Below, piece by piece: positions 29,931 through 39,648 of a stretch of 64,000 nt of DNA. The position numbers were made by a program, and so were the translations under genes. Source of the DNA: Patescibacteria group bacterium (lineage in GTDB: Bacteria; Patescibacteriota; Patescibacteriia; UM-FILTER-42-10); contig JAHJEX010000006.1 in assembly GCA_018825385.1 (NCBI GenBank), positions 186-64,185 of the forward strand, given 5' to 3'. How positions within the stretch are numbered: the stretch's first letter is position 1; each line of letters starts with the position of its first letter. Under the pieces are notes generated by a model. That model was not told the origin of the DNA and did not search any database. It worked only from the letters and a program-made list of their open reading frames with translations.

Positions 29931-31355
29931 TTAGTGTATTTTAAATGCTTTTTTGAGTAAAGAGATAAATATATATTCTTTTGCAAGTATTAATGATAAT
30001 AAATAGAAAACAAAACTAAGTAAAAGAATTATTACTAAATTTAAACCGGCATATCCTAATGCAAGTATGAAAAGTGCCGTTGGTATTCCAAGCAATAATG
30101 GGGTTTTGATGACACCAGTCAAATCAATATTGAGTTTTAAGTATCTTTTTATGAAGATGAAGTAAAGAATAAATCGGCAAATTTCTAACAGGAAGAATGA
30201 CCAAGATGCTCCGTAATATCCAAAGAAACTTACTATTAACGTATTAGTAACGAGTGATGTAATGGTAATGATTAAAAATAAAACTACGAATTTTTTGACG
30301 TGTTTTGAATTTATTATGACTAAAGTAAGTGGAGCTGATAGAAAAAAGAATAGCATTGCCCAGCCCAATACTGCCAATACAGGTGCAGCATTGCTGAATT
30401 CTATATCAAATAGCGTATTGATTATTTGTTTAGACAATAGGGAATAGGTAATCGCTAAAGGAAAAGCAATTAGAAATAATGCTCTTATTGCATTTTCTGT
30501 GCTTTCTTTCAAATAAGTTTTAACCGTATCAATAGATTTTCTGGCAATGGATGGAAAAAACACAATAATCAGACTCGTTGGTATGAAAGTTAATGAAAGC
30601 ATCAGTTTAAATGCTGCATTGAAAATTCCTACATCTGCGATCGGAGCAAATTTGGAAATAATAATAACAACATTATATATGTAGACATAGCCAAAGATAC
30701 TCACCAGAGCAAATGGCAGACCGTTGATTAATAAATATTTACATAGAGCAAAATCAATTTTTAATTTAATTCTTAAAACTGATCTACACGCGACAAATAA
30801 ATAAATCAATGACAGAACAAAGTTTAAAGCGATAATAGCAAAAAAAATATTTTTTACACTATAATTCAACAAAAGCATAATTAAAGCAGTACAAGGATTG
30901 ATAATGTTTTGTATCATAAGAACTAAAGAAGATATTCCCATTTTTTCCAGGGAGATAACAAAAGCATTGAGGGTATTAATTAAAAAATTAGCAAAAATAA
31001 GCATGCCAAGAATTGCAATGAGCTGAAAGATCTGCTCTGAATATCCTAAAAATTTTGCAGATAGAATAATCAAAAAATAAATTATCAAAGCTATAAAAAA
31101 ACGGACCACAAGAGAATTGAAAAGATATTTTTCTAATTTTGAACTATCCCTCGAGATATCACGGATGGTAAGGTTTTCAATACCAAAATCTGCTATCCCA
31201 CTGAAAAGCATAACGAAACTAAATGACAGAGTGTAAATCCCAAACCACTCGGTACCGAGCAGACGGGCAATGATCGGAACAGAAAAAAAGGAAATAATTT
31301 TTGTGAATGTTTGTCCTCCAACAACAAATATAGTATTCCTGACTAATTTTCCCAT
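29931..31355 (-). CDS. Wzx-type oligosaccharide flippase
   Basis: ARLLG...FGIY, ADFGI....IRDISRD, VGIFNAA and ~14 hydrophobic segments. Confidence 0.88.
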   Translation of the reverse strand: MGKLVRNTIFVVGGQTFTKIISFFSVPIIARLLGTEWFGIYTLSFSFVMLFSGIADFGIENLTIRDISRDSSKLEKYLFNSLVVRFFIALIIYFLIILSAKFLGYSEQIFQLIAILGMLIFANFLINTLNAFVISLEKMGISSLVLMIQNIINPCTALIMLLLNYSVKNIFFAIIALNFVLSLIYLFVACRSVLRIKLKIDFALCKYLLINGLPFALVSIFGYVYIYNVVIIISKFAPIADVGIFNAAFKLMLSLTFIPTSLIIVFFPSIARKSIDTVKTYLKESTENAIRALFLIAFPLAITYSLLSKQIINTLFDIEFSNAAPVLAVLGWAMLFFFLSAPLTLVIINSKHVKKFVVLFLIITITSLVTNTLIVSFFGYYGASWSFFLLEICRFILYFIFIKRYLKLNIDLTGVIKTPLLLGIPTALFILALGYAGLNLVIILLLSFVFYLLSLILAKEYIFISLLKKAFKIH

Positions 31356-31436
31356 GAAATCAATTTACAATTAGTATAAATAATGGTATTATTATACCAG
31401 AAAATTGACTTAAAATAAAGATGAGTTTCCTTTATT

Positions 31437-32114
31437 ATGGCTCTATTTCACAATCTTTTCAAATATATTTTTGATTTATTTATTGCTCTTATACTACTTG
31501 TGCCAGTAGTGTTTTTTAGTATGGTGATTGGGATAGTAATCAAACTGGAGTCGCACGGCCCAGTTTTTTTTAAGCAAAAGAGATTCGGAAAACATAACAA
31601 GCCATTTGTGATGTATAAATTTCGAACAATGGTTAAAGATGCAGAGAAACAGCGGGGGTCATTAGAACAAAAGAATGAAGCTGAAGGATTTCTTTTTAAA
31701 CTCACGGAAGATCCAAGAGAAACCAAATTTGGCAGAAAACTCCGAAACATAGGGCTTGACGAAGTTCCGCAGATTTTTAATGTCCTGAAGGGAGAAATGA
31801 GTTTTGTCGGTCCTCGCCCGCTGCCTGTAAATGATGTGAACTTTGAAAAATTGAGAGCAAATCCAAATCAATATAGACAATGGGAAATACGTGAGTTAGC
31901 AAAGCCAGGAATCACTGGTCTATGGCAAGTGAATCCGGGTGAGCATTCTTTTGAAGAAATGCTAGATATGGATGAAAAGTATGTTACAGAGTATTCACTC
32001 ATTTCTGATTTGAATATTTTCCTTAAAACAGTGATGATGGCACTAAGAGGAGTTTTCCCCGGACTTTTTGCAAGGGCAGGTAAAAAAAAATTAATAGAAG
32101 ATAAGAATATTTAA
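31437..32114 (+). CDS. Initiating sugar (phosphoglycosyl) transferase, PglC/WbaP C-terminal type
   Basis: GPVFFKQKRFG, YKFRTM, DPRET, LDEVPQIFNVLKGEMSFVGPRP, KPGITGLWQV. Confidence 0.92.
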   Translation: MALFHNLFKYIFDLFIALILLVPVVFFSMVIGIVIKLESHGPVFFKQKRFGKHNKPFVMYKFRTMVKDAEKQRGSLEQKNEAEGFLFKLTEDPRETKFGRKLRNIGLDEVPQIFNVLKGEMSFVGPRPLPVNDVNFEKLRANPNQYRQWEIRELAKPGITGLWQVNPGEHSFEEMLDMDEKYVTEYSLISDLNIFLKTVMMALRGVFPGLFARAGKKKLIEDKNI

Positions 32115-32115
32115 A

Positions 32116-32853
32116 ATGATGGGATTATTAGTTTTTCTGTTTGGACTTATCATAGGTAGTTTTCTTAATGTAGTAATATATAGACTGAAACACAAAAAAA
32201 ACTTTTTAAAAGGAAGATCTTTTTGTACTCATTGTAAAAAAACTTTGTCAGCAATAGACCTTGTTCCGGTTCTGAGTTTCATATTTTTACGCGGAAAATG
32301 CCGGCACTGTCAGAAAAGGATTTCAAAGCAATACCCAATGGTTGAATTGGGCACTGGAATAGTTTTTCTTATTTTGTATATCAAATTTGGCTTAACTCTG
32401 GAGTTTTTTATCCACGCACTTTTTTCAGTATTTTTGATTATAATTTTTGTTTATGATTTGCTTTACTATTTGGTCTTAGATGTTGTTTCTGTCCCTGCCA
32501 TAATTGTAGGATTTGCGGGGTCTTTGCTATTAGGATTATCACTGACGAATCTGCTGATTGGTGGTATAATAGGGTTGAGTTTTTTCCTTTTACAGTTTGT
32601 AATTTCAAGGGGAAAATGGATTGGCGGGGGGGATCTGAGACTTGGTTTGATGTGTGGGTTTATGGTTGGATGGCCAAAGATCCTTGTGCTTCTGGTAGTA
32701 ACTTATATTAGTGGAGCTATTATTTCGGTATTCCTATTAGCTTCGAAAAAAAAGAAATGGAAGGACTCAGTTCCACTTGGTATATTTCTTACACTTGCTA
32801 CGCTAGTTGTAATATTGTTCGGTGATAAAATTATTGACTGGTATACTCTATAA
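32116..32853 (+). CDS. pilD: Prepilin peptidase/N-methyltransferase
   Basis: GSFLNVVIYR, two CxxC, YD and GGGD catalytic Asp motifs. Confidence 0.93.
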   Translation: MMGLLVFLFGLIIGSFLNVVIYRLKHKKNFLKGRSFCTHCKKTLSAIDLVPVLSFIFLRGKCRHCQKRISKQYPMVELGTGIVFLILYIKFGLTLEFFIHALFSVFLIIIFVYDLLYYLVLDVVSVPAIIVGFAGSLLLGLSLTNLLIGGIIGLSFFLLQFVISRGKWIGGGDLRLGLMCGFMVGWPKILVLLVVTYISGAIISVFLLASKKKKWKDSVPLGIFLTLATLVVILFGDKIIDWYTL

Positions 32854-32855
32854 TT

Positions 32856-33632
32856 ATGTTCACAATGAAGTGTTTCAGTCCAAGGGTAAGAAGGGGATAC
32901 ACATTACTGGAAATGGTAATTGCTGTATCTTTGTTTGTTATTATCTCTGTAGTTGTTTTAAATAATTTTCGACAAGGCCAGAAACTGGACGATTTAAAAA
33001 CTGGTTCAGTTGAAATGGTAAGCAATTTTCGCGAAATGCAGACTCTTGGGATGTCTGGCCAAGTAGTAAATATTTGTCATGGCGGAGAAAATGATCTGGA
33101 TTCCTGTGCTGAAGATACTGATTGTCCAAATGGTGTTTGCGGTTTAGTGCCGGCTGGAGGATTTGGTATTTCGATTGGACCTGTTAACGAAGGTGATGAT
33201 GGTGAAGTGCACTGTTATGATGCAGGGGCGAGTAAACCTTGTCGAACCAACTATACACTGTTTGCTGATACGGTAAGTCTTTTTGGAATCAACGGAAGAT
33301 TTGAAAAAAATAATGATATTACCTTGGACGTTTATGATCTGCCGAATAATGTACGAATCAGAGATTTTCATGTTGTTTGTTCCTGGAAAGATGAACCAGA
33401 GTACACACCATGTCCACCTGCTAGTCCTTTTGGAATTGATGTTTCTTTCCGTCCTCCCAGACCAACTCCCTTCCTTCATTCGGCCTATGGTGGATTTCCA
33501 GGTACAACATATTCGGAACTGAGCGTTAAAATTTTAATAGAACATATCAGTGCGGGAAAATGCCGCATGGTAACAATTAATGGCATATCCGGTCAGGTAA
33601 GTGAGAATCCAGATCCTGATTGTCATATATAA
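32856..33632 (+). CDS. Minor pilin (FimT/FimU-like) with Cys-rich inserts
   Basis: RRG|YTLLEMVIAV class III signal; CHGG...C..D.DC.NGVC motif. Confidence 0.8.
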   Translation: MFTMKCFSPRVRRGYTLLEMVIAVSLFVIISVVVLNNFRQGQKLDDLKTGSVEMVSNFREMQTLGMSGQVVNICHGGENDLDSCAEDTDCPNGVCGLVPAGGFGISIGPVNEGDDGEVHCYDAGASKPCRTNYTLFADTVSLFGINGRFEKNNDITLDVYDLPNNVRIRDFHVVCSWKDEPEYTPCPPASPFGIDVSFRPPRPTPFLHSAYGGFPGTTYSELSVKILIEHISAGKCRMVTINGISGQVSENPDPDCHI

Positions 33633-33647
33633 TAGATCAATAGTTTC

Positions 33648-34289
33648 ATGTTATCCAAAAGAATACTAAAGAATAATAAGGGACAAAATCTGATAGAACT
33701 AGTTGTTGCTATCAGCATTATTCTGATTGGTGTTGTAAGTACACTCGTTCTAACTATGGCAACAATCAGAGGAGGAAAGGCAAGTGAAATGCAGACAATA
33801 GCCAGTAATCTTGCCCGAGAAGGAATAGAGGCAGCAAAGCAGCAAAGGTATAACAATTGGTTAAGAATTGAATCGAATGATCTTTCGTTTATAGACTGGG
33901 ACGATGGACTATACAGTATTGATAATTCATCAAATATTGCAAGGGCCGATTTTAATCCTGCAAGTTCTCCTAATTGGGAAATAAATTTTGCAGTTGATGC
34001 AAGCGCTTCCGACATCTGTATTTCAAATGAAGAATGTTTACTATATTTCCAAAATGGAATATATTCTCATAATTCTTCTGGCGTTCCCTCCTCTTTCTAC
34101 CGGGTTATTACTATTAATCCTATCTGCATAAAAAGTGGAATAGAAATAATTAGAACTGACTCTGCCCAATGTATAATTTCTGATGGTGAAGAAAAAATTG
34201 GTTTACAGGTAATTTCTGATGTGCGCTGGCGGATAAGAAATAGTTGGAACTCAGTTGTATTCGAAGATCATTTATACAACTGGAAATAA
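33648..34289 (+). CDS. Minor pilin (PilV-like)
   Basis: NKG|QNLIELVVAI, A.NLAREGIE, FYRVITI, V.S.V.W, LYNWK. Confidence 0.8.
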   Translation: MLSKRILKNNKGQNLIELVVAISIILIGVVSTLVLTMATIRGGKASEMQTIASNLAREGIEAAKQQRYNNWLRIESNDLSFIDWDDGLYSIDNSSNIARADFNPASSPNWEINFAVDASASDICISNEECLLYFQNGIYSHNSSGVPSSFYRVITINPICIKSGIEIIRTDSAQCIISDGEEKIGLQVISDVRWRIRNSWNSVVFEDHLYNWK

Positions 34290-35044
34290 TGAAATATACA
34301 ATGAACGGGAAAAAAGAGAATTTGATATCAAAGCAAGACGGATTTTCCCTCATGGAGATGGTAGTCGTTTTGGCTGTTTTTTCAATGACTGCGTTAATGG
34401 CTGTCGATTTGTTTGTTACTATAACAAATGTTCAAAGACAGGTACGCAATCTTCAAGCAGTACAAAGTGATGCCCGATTCGCTATGGAATCAATGGTAAG
34501 AGAAGTAAAGACAGGGACGATAGATTATGAATTTTATAGGGGTTATTGTAGGGGAGGAAGTGAGGAGGATGGTAATGACTATTCCCTTTGTACCAGCGAT
34601 TTCGATTGCACAGTCGGCGGGGAATGCCTAGTAGTTGATTTATCTGATGGGCCTACTGATATTTTGGTCACAAGAGACCATGAGAATAACCAAATTTTAT
34701 ACAGATTAAACGGGGACGCTATAGAAGTGTGTTCCAATAGATCGCTCTATCGAGCTCGATGTGCATATGGCGCTAACTGGCAAACTGTGACCCCAGAAAA
34801 GGTGAAGATGACGGAAATGGCTATGTATATTTTCCCGTTTTCTGACCCATATTCAACTAAGACAAGTTGTACTGTTCATGAGGATTGTGATTCCGGAATT
34901 TGCGATACTGATACAAATTTTTGCGAAATACCAGACTTTCAACCAATGGTTACAATTGTATTAGAAAGTGAAGCAGGGAAAGATGAAGATCAAGAGAAAA
35001 TAAATCTTCAAACAACTGCAACCTCAATGATATACCGACGATAA
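34289..35044 (+). CDS. Minor pilin (PilW/PulJ-like) with Cys-rich inserts
   Basis: DG|FSLMEMVVVL, ARFAMESMVREVK, LQTT. Start placed at ATG 34289, overlapping the previous stop. Confidence 0.8.
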   Translation: MKYTMNGKKENLISKQDGFSLMEMVVVLAVFSMTALMAVDLFVTITNVQRQVRNLQAVQSDARFAMESMVREVKTGTIDYEFYRGYCRGGSEEDGNDYSLCTSDFDCTVGGECLVVDLSDGPTDILVTRDHENNQILYRLNGDAIEVCSNRSLYRARCAYGANWQTVTPEKVKMTEMAMYIFPFSDPYSTKTSCTVHEDCDSGICDTDTNFCEIPDFQPMVTIVLESEAGKDEDQEKINLQTTATSMIYRR

Positions 35045-37288
35045 ATGAAAATATTTATTCAAAAATTAGAAACAAATCTGCCCGGAAAAAAAGACGAATC
35101 CGGGCAAGCGTTATTGCTTTCATTGTTGATCATGGCAACTATTACTGCTGCGGGTATTGGGTTTGCCACTCTTATTATCAGCCAAATTAGGGCAGCGGAA
35201 AACATTGACAATGCTATTACGGCTACATATGGTGCTGAGAGTGGACTGGAAAAAGCCCTGCATATTGTGAAAACAAATCGTCTTAGCGGTGCATCATTAT
35301 CAGGTACTATTACAGAAATAGAAGGGCTTACAGATTCACCGGCGTTTTCCAAAAATGGTTTGAGTGTTGAATTTGATGAAGATGCTATTTCAAGTACGGA
35401 ACTAAACAATAAATTTTCACTTTCGCAAGACAAATCAAAACAAATAGACTTTTACAATCCCGATGATCCTTTTGGTGCAACAACAGGTATCAATGCTTTA
35501 TATTTATCCTGGGACAATAATCCACTTCCAACTAATGATTTGAATTATGCATCCGGATACGGGACAGGTTCTGAATGGGTGGAAGTAACCTGGACTGGAT
35601 GGAACGCAGACGGAGATTCATTCGAGAATGTTGAGAAAGTTTTACTTTCGAGTGGTGACCTAGCTTTTGATAATCCAGGTGGTTTGTGTCCTGCAGATTC
35701 ATATATTCAGTGCACTACTATTCAGCTAGATCCTGTGGGTGGAGCTGAGTTATTGTATTATCAGGTGAGAATAAAAGCACTCCATGCAGATATAGACGAT
35801 ATCGAAATAAAAGCGCTTAATGCGGCTGATGAATTGGTGAATATCCCTTCACGCGTTTATATTAAAACTATAGGAAAATACGGGCGTACTCAGCAAGCGT
35901 TAAATGCATCCTTACCGTGGAAAATTTCTGCCTCGGGGTTATTTGATTACGTAATATTTTCCGAAGAGCAAATCGACAAAGCTCCTGAGACAAACTATCA
36001 GACCTCAGGAACGATTGAGATAGAAAGAGGGATTGCGATCAGCGAAGCAAATACCTCATGTGGATGTAGTGCCGATTTTGATAATTGTTCTCGATATCCC
36101 ACTTGTTTTGGTTCACCAAACTGCACCGGCCCACTGGGCTTAGGTTTTGAGGCGGAATATTGGCAGTCGTCACTTGCTTGTAACAAAAACATACTCGCCG
36201 ATCTTGGAAGTGATATTCGACCCAGCGGTTGGGGTACTTGCAATTTATATTATCTTCCAGGAGCATGCAGTAGTGGTGAAGAATACGCACAAATAAAAAA
36301 ATTAATTACTGCTGATGATTTGCCATACAATGAAGGGGATTACTATGTTTCAATGAGAGCCTTATATAATTCTAACCAAAATTCAGAGGAATTTTCAGTA
36401 ATTATTGATGATGGCAGCTGTAATCCGGATACAACCTGTCAGAGGATAGATGTAAGAGATTTATATGCTACAATGGCTAATCCGGCTGTCACTGAGTACA
36501 AAACATGTATTTCTCAAACAAAATTGCATATTGAACCGAACGATACAATTATTTTTGAATATAGAAATGGTGACGAAAACAACAGTGTTGATTTAGACTG
36601 GTATCAATTTTCAAGCGGCATCCCGCCGGGAGTTTCAGAAAGATGTGATTCTGATTTCACTCCGTTAAAGATCCAAATGGAAAACGGTATTGAAAGAAAT
36701 AAAATAATTAATGATCAGTGTACGTGCATTGACTCCACATGCAAAGAGATAGGGAGTGATTGTCTAAAAATTGGTTGGAATCCCGGTACCTTTGATGATT
36801 TAGAATCACCCGTTGTGCAATGTTATAGATATTCTAACGAAACCGAATTCCCGTCTTCTGGTGTTGGTAAGTGGGATGTTGAGAATCGCGCAAATGGTTG
36901 GGGGGCATGTCTATTTAACAGTGACCGATGGATGAGATATGTAGTCCCTAAGGGTGTTAGTTCTGGACCATATTTTATTTCAATACGAGCTGGGTTTACA
37001 GAAGATACGGGAAACATAGTAAAGGTTGAAGTATATGATGGTCCTGCGCCAAAAGGAAAAATAGTAGATACATTTATATCAAATGATTTGTGGGGATCTG
37101 CAAATACGCCGGCAAATGCATTCGTAGAGTGCACCTTCCCTAATCATGTAGTTTTGAAGTTCGGATATGAAATAAAATTATCAGTAACTAATAGTGATAC
37201 ATATATTGATTGGTTTGAAATTTCTGATACTCCTCCCGGCTATCACAGCTGTTTTGGTTCTGCAATTCCATATGGTGTAACACCATGA
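35045..37288 (+). CDS. PilX-like minor pilin fused to a large Cys-rich C-terminus with two CBM-like modules
   Basis: SG|QALLLSLLIM (no E5), A.YGAESGLE.AL, and a duplicated IEIE/IQME...Y.vS.RA...D.DW.. module. Confidence 0.75.
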   Translation: MKIFIQKLETNLPGKKDESGQALLLSLLIMATITAAGIGFATLIISQIRAAENIDNAITATYGAESGLEKALHIVKTNRLSGASLSGTITEIEGLTDSPAFSKNGLSVEFDEDAISSTELNNKFSLSQDKSKQIDFYNPDDPFGATTGINALYLSWDNNPLPTNDLNYASGYGTGSEWVEVTWTGWNADGDSFENVEKVLLSSGDLAFDNPGGLCPADSYIQCTTIQLDPVGGAELLYYQVRIKALHADIDDIEIKALNAADELVNIPSRVYIKTIGKYGRTQQALNASLPWKISASGLFDYVIFSEEQIDKAPETNYQTSGTIEIERGIAISEANTSCGCSADFDNCSRYPTCFGSPNCTGPLGLGFEAEYWQSSLACNKNILADLGSDIRPSGWGTCNLYYLPGACSSGEEYAQIKKLITADDLPYNEGDYYVSMRALYNSNQNSEEFSVIIDDGSCNPDTTCQRIDVRDLYATMANPAVTEYKTCISQTKLHIEPNDTIIFEYRNGDENNSVDLDWYQFSSGIPPGVSERCDSDFTPLKIQMENGIERNKIINDQCTCIDSTCKEIGSDCLKIGWNPGTFDDLESPVVQCYRYSNETEFPSSGVGKWDVENRANGWGACLFNSDRWMRYVVPKGVSSGPYFISIRAGFTEDTGNIVKVEVYDGPAPKGKIVDTFISNDLWGSANTPANAFVECTFPNHVVLKFGYEIKLSVTNSDTYIDWFEISDTPPGYHSCFGSAIPYGVTP

Positions 37289-37296
37289 TATAAAGA

Positions 37297-39342
37297 GTGG
37301 CCTTGGTAAAAATGAATAAAAAAGACGCAAAAGCGCGCATAGCAAAACTAAAAATAGAAATTAATCATCACCGGTATTTGTATCACGTTTTAGATAAGCC
37401 GGTGATTTCTGATGCTGCTCTGGATTCACTTAAACATGAATTGGACAAACTTGAAAAAGAGTACCCCGAATACATTACGCCAGATTCTCCGACACAGCGC
37501 GTAAGCGGAAAGGCACTAAATAAGTTTGAAAAGGTTATTCATAAAACTAAAATGGTTTCTTTGAATGACGCGTTTTCAAATTCTGAAATTAGAGAATGGG
37601 AAGAAAGAAATAATAGGCTATTACCAGACAACGTAGATTTAAACTATTACACAGAAATCAAGATGGATGGATTGGCAATATCCTTGATATATAAAAATGG
37701 GAAGTTAGAAAAGGGTGTAACCAGGGGAGATGGTAGAATTGGTGAAAACGTTACGAACAACATCAGAACAATTGATGCAATACCATTGAAATTGAAAACT
37801 GATAAACTGAAGCAGAACACTACCGATGAGATAGAAGTAAGAGGGGAGGTTTATATGGAAACAAAAGTTTTTGAAGAGTTGAATGAAATTCAGAAAAAGA
37901 ATAATCAACCGGAGTTTGCAAATCCCAGAAATGCTGCAGCGGGTTCTATTAGGCAACTGGATCCCAAGGTTGTCAGGGAAAGAAAACTGGATTTCATGGC
38001 ATATGATTTAATCACTGATCTGGGACAAAAAACCCATGAAGAATCTCATGATTTACTTGAAAAATTAGGATTTGCTGCCAAACTGCTACACGAGAGAAGT
38101 ATGAAGTGTAAATCTCTTGATGAGGTTTATAAACAGTTCGAGTGGATAGAGAAAAGAAGAAATAGTCTTCCATTTTGGATTGATGGGGTAGTGATAACTG
38201 TTAATGAAATAGAAACATACAAAAAACTAGGCATTGTTGGTAAGGCCCCGCGAGGTTCAGTCGCTTATAAGTTTCCGGCAGAGCAGGCCACAACTATTGT
38301 CGAGGATATTCAGGTTCAAATAGGAAGGACGGGAGCGCTTACTCCTGTAGCGCATCTTAGGCCGGTCCGAGTTGCAGGTAGTATTGTTTCCAGAGCTACT
38401 CTTCATAATGAAGATGAAATAAAAAGATTGGATTTGCGGATAGGTGATACAGTTATCATTCAAAAAGCAGGTGATATCATCCCGGATATAGTTGAAGTTC
38501 TCCCCAAAATGAGAACAGGAAAAGAAAAAAAATTCAATATGCCAAAATTATGTCCCATGTGTAAATCAAAAGTATTAAGAAAAGAAGGAGAAGTTGCGCA
38601 TTATTGTACGAGTAATAATTGCTTTGCTGTTCAAAGAGAGAAAATATACCACTTTGTTTCAAAGAAAGCATTTGATATTGAAGGGCTTGGACCTAAGATA
38701 ATTGATCAGTTGTATGAAAATGGTCTGATAAAAAATGTAGTGGATATTTTTGATCTTACTTTTGATGAATTGAAATCATTAGAGCGTTTTGCAGAGAAGT
38801 CTGCCGAAAATACAATAAAGGCGATTGAGAATTCCAAAAGCATTACCCTGTCTCGCTTTGTTTATGCATTAGGAATTCGCCACGTTGGAGAGGAAACTGC
38901 AATTGATTTGGCAGACAATTTTGGTAGCATTAATAAATTGCAAAAAGTTGACAGAAATACTCTCAATACTGTACACGAAATTGGCGACATAATGGCAGAA
39001 TCTATTACAAAATTTTTTAAAGAAACAAACAATAGAAATATAATCAATGGTCTTATCAAAAGAGGAGTTACAATTATTGATCCAAAAAAAAAGAAAAAAA
39101 CAGCAATTACGGGTAAAAGCATAGTAGTAACAGGGACGCTCAATTCCTTGTCTCGCGAAGAAGCAAAAAAGAGGATAAGAGAAACAGGCGGTAATGTTTC
39201 TAGTTCAGTAAGCAAGCAAACTGATTTTGTAGTTTGTGGTGATAATCCTGGGTCAAAATATGATAAGGCGAAAAAGCTTAATATTACTACTGTTTCCGAA
39301 ACAAAATTCCTTGCCTTGCTGAAGCAAAAAATGATAGAATAG
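37297..39342 (+). CDS. ligA: NAD-dependent DNA ligase
   Basis: DSPTQRV, EIKMDG, FANPRNAAAGS, Cys4 Zn finger, HhH and BRCT. Start may be ATG 37312. Confidence 0.96.
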   Translation: MALVKMNKKDAKARIAKLKIEINHHRYLYHVLDKPVISDAALDSLKHELDKLEKEYPEYITPDSPTQRVSGKALNKFEKVIHKTKMVSLNDAFSNSEIREWEERNNRLLPDNVDLNYYTEIKMDGLAISLIYKNGKLEKGVTRGDGRIGENVTNNIRTIDAIPLKLKTDKLKQNTTDEIEVRGEVYMETKVFEELNEIQKKNNQPEFANPRNAAAGSIRQLDPKVVRERKLDFMAYDLITDLGQKTHEESHDLLEKLGFAAKLLHERSMKCKSLDEVYKQFEWIEKRRNSLPFWIDGVVITVNEIETYKKLGIVGKAPRGSVAYKFPAEQATTIVEDIQVQIGRTGALTPVAHLRPVRVAGSIVSRATLHNEDEIKRLDLRIGDTVIIQKAGDIIPDIVEVLPKMRTGKEKKFNMPKLCPMCKSKVLRKEGEVAHYCTSNNCFAVQREKIYHFVSKKAFDIEGLGPKIIDQLYENGLIKNVVDIFDLTFDELKSLERFAEKSAENTIKAIENSKSITLSRFVYALGIRHVGEETAIDLADNFGSINKLQKVDRNTLNTVHEIGDIMAESITKFFKETNNRNIINGLIKRGVTIIDPKKKKKTAITGKSIVVTGTLNSLSREEAKKRIRETGGNVSSSVSKQTDFVVCGDNPGSKYDKAKKLNITTVSETKFLALLKQKMIE

Positions 39343-39348
39343 ACAAAC

Positions 39349-39648
39349 ATGGCAATAACAAAAGAAGAGGTTAAACATTTAGCAAAGCTCGCTCGAATTG
39401 GGCTTTCCAAGGAAGAGGTTGATAGATTTCAAAAACAAATCACCTCTATTTTAGATTATGTTGATATGCTAAAGAAGGTTACTGTTGAGAAAGGGGAAAA
39501 GATTGTCATGTCAGACGTTGAGAATATTTTAAGAGATGATGTAGTAAAACAATCAAAGAATCAAGAAAAACTTATTGAACAAGCACCTGATCAAAAAAAC
39601 GGTTATATTAAGGTAAAAACAATTTTGAAAAAAAATGAAACTATCTGA
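39349..39648 (+). CDS. gatC: Asp/Glu-tRNA amidotransferase subunit C
   Basis: ITKEEVKHLAKLARI...ILDYV..L, LRDD, GYIKV; precedes gatA. Confidence 0.92.
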   Translation: MAITKEEVKHLAKLARIGLSKEEVDRFQKQITSILDYVDMLKKVTVEKGEKIVMSDVENILRDDVVKQSKNQEKLIEQAPDQKNGYIKVKTILKKNETI

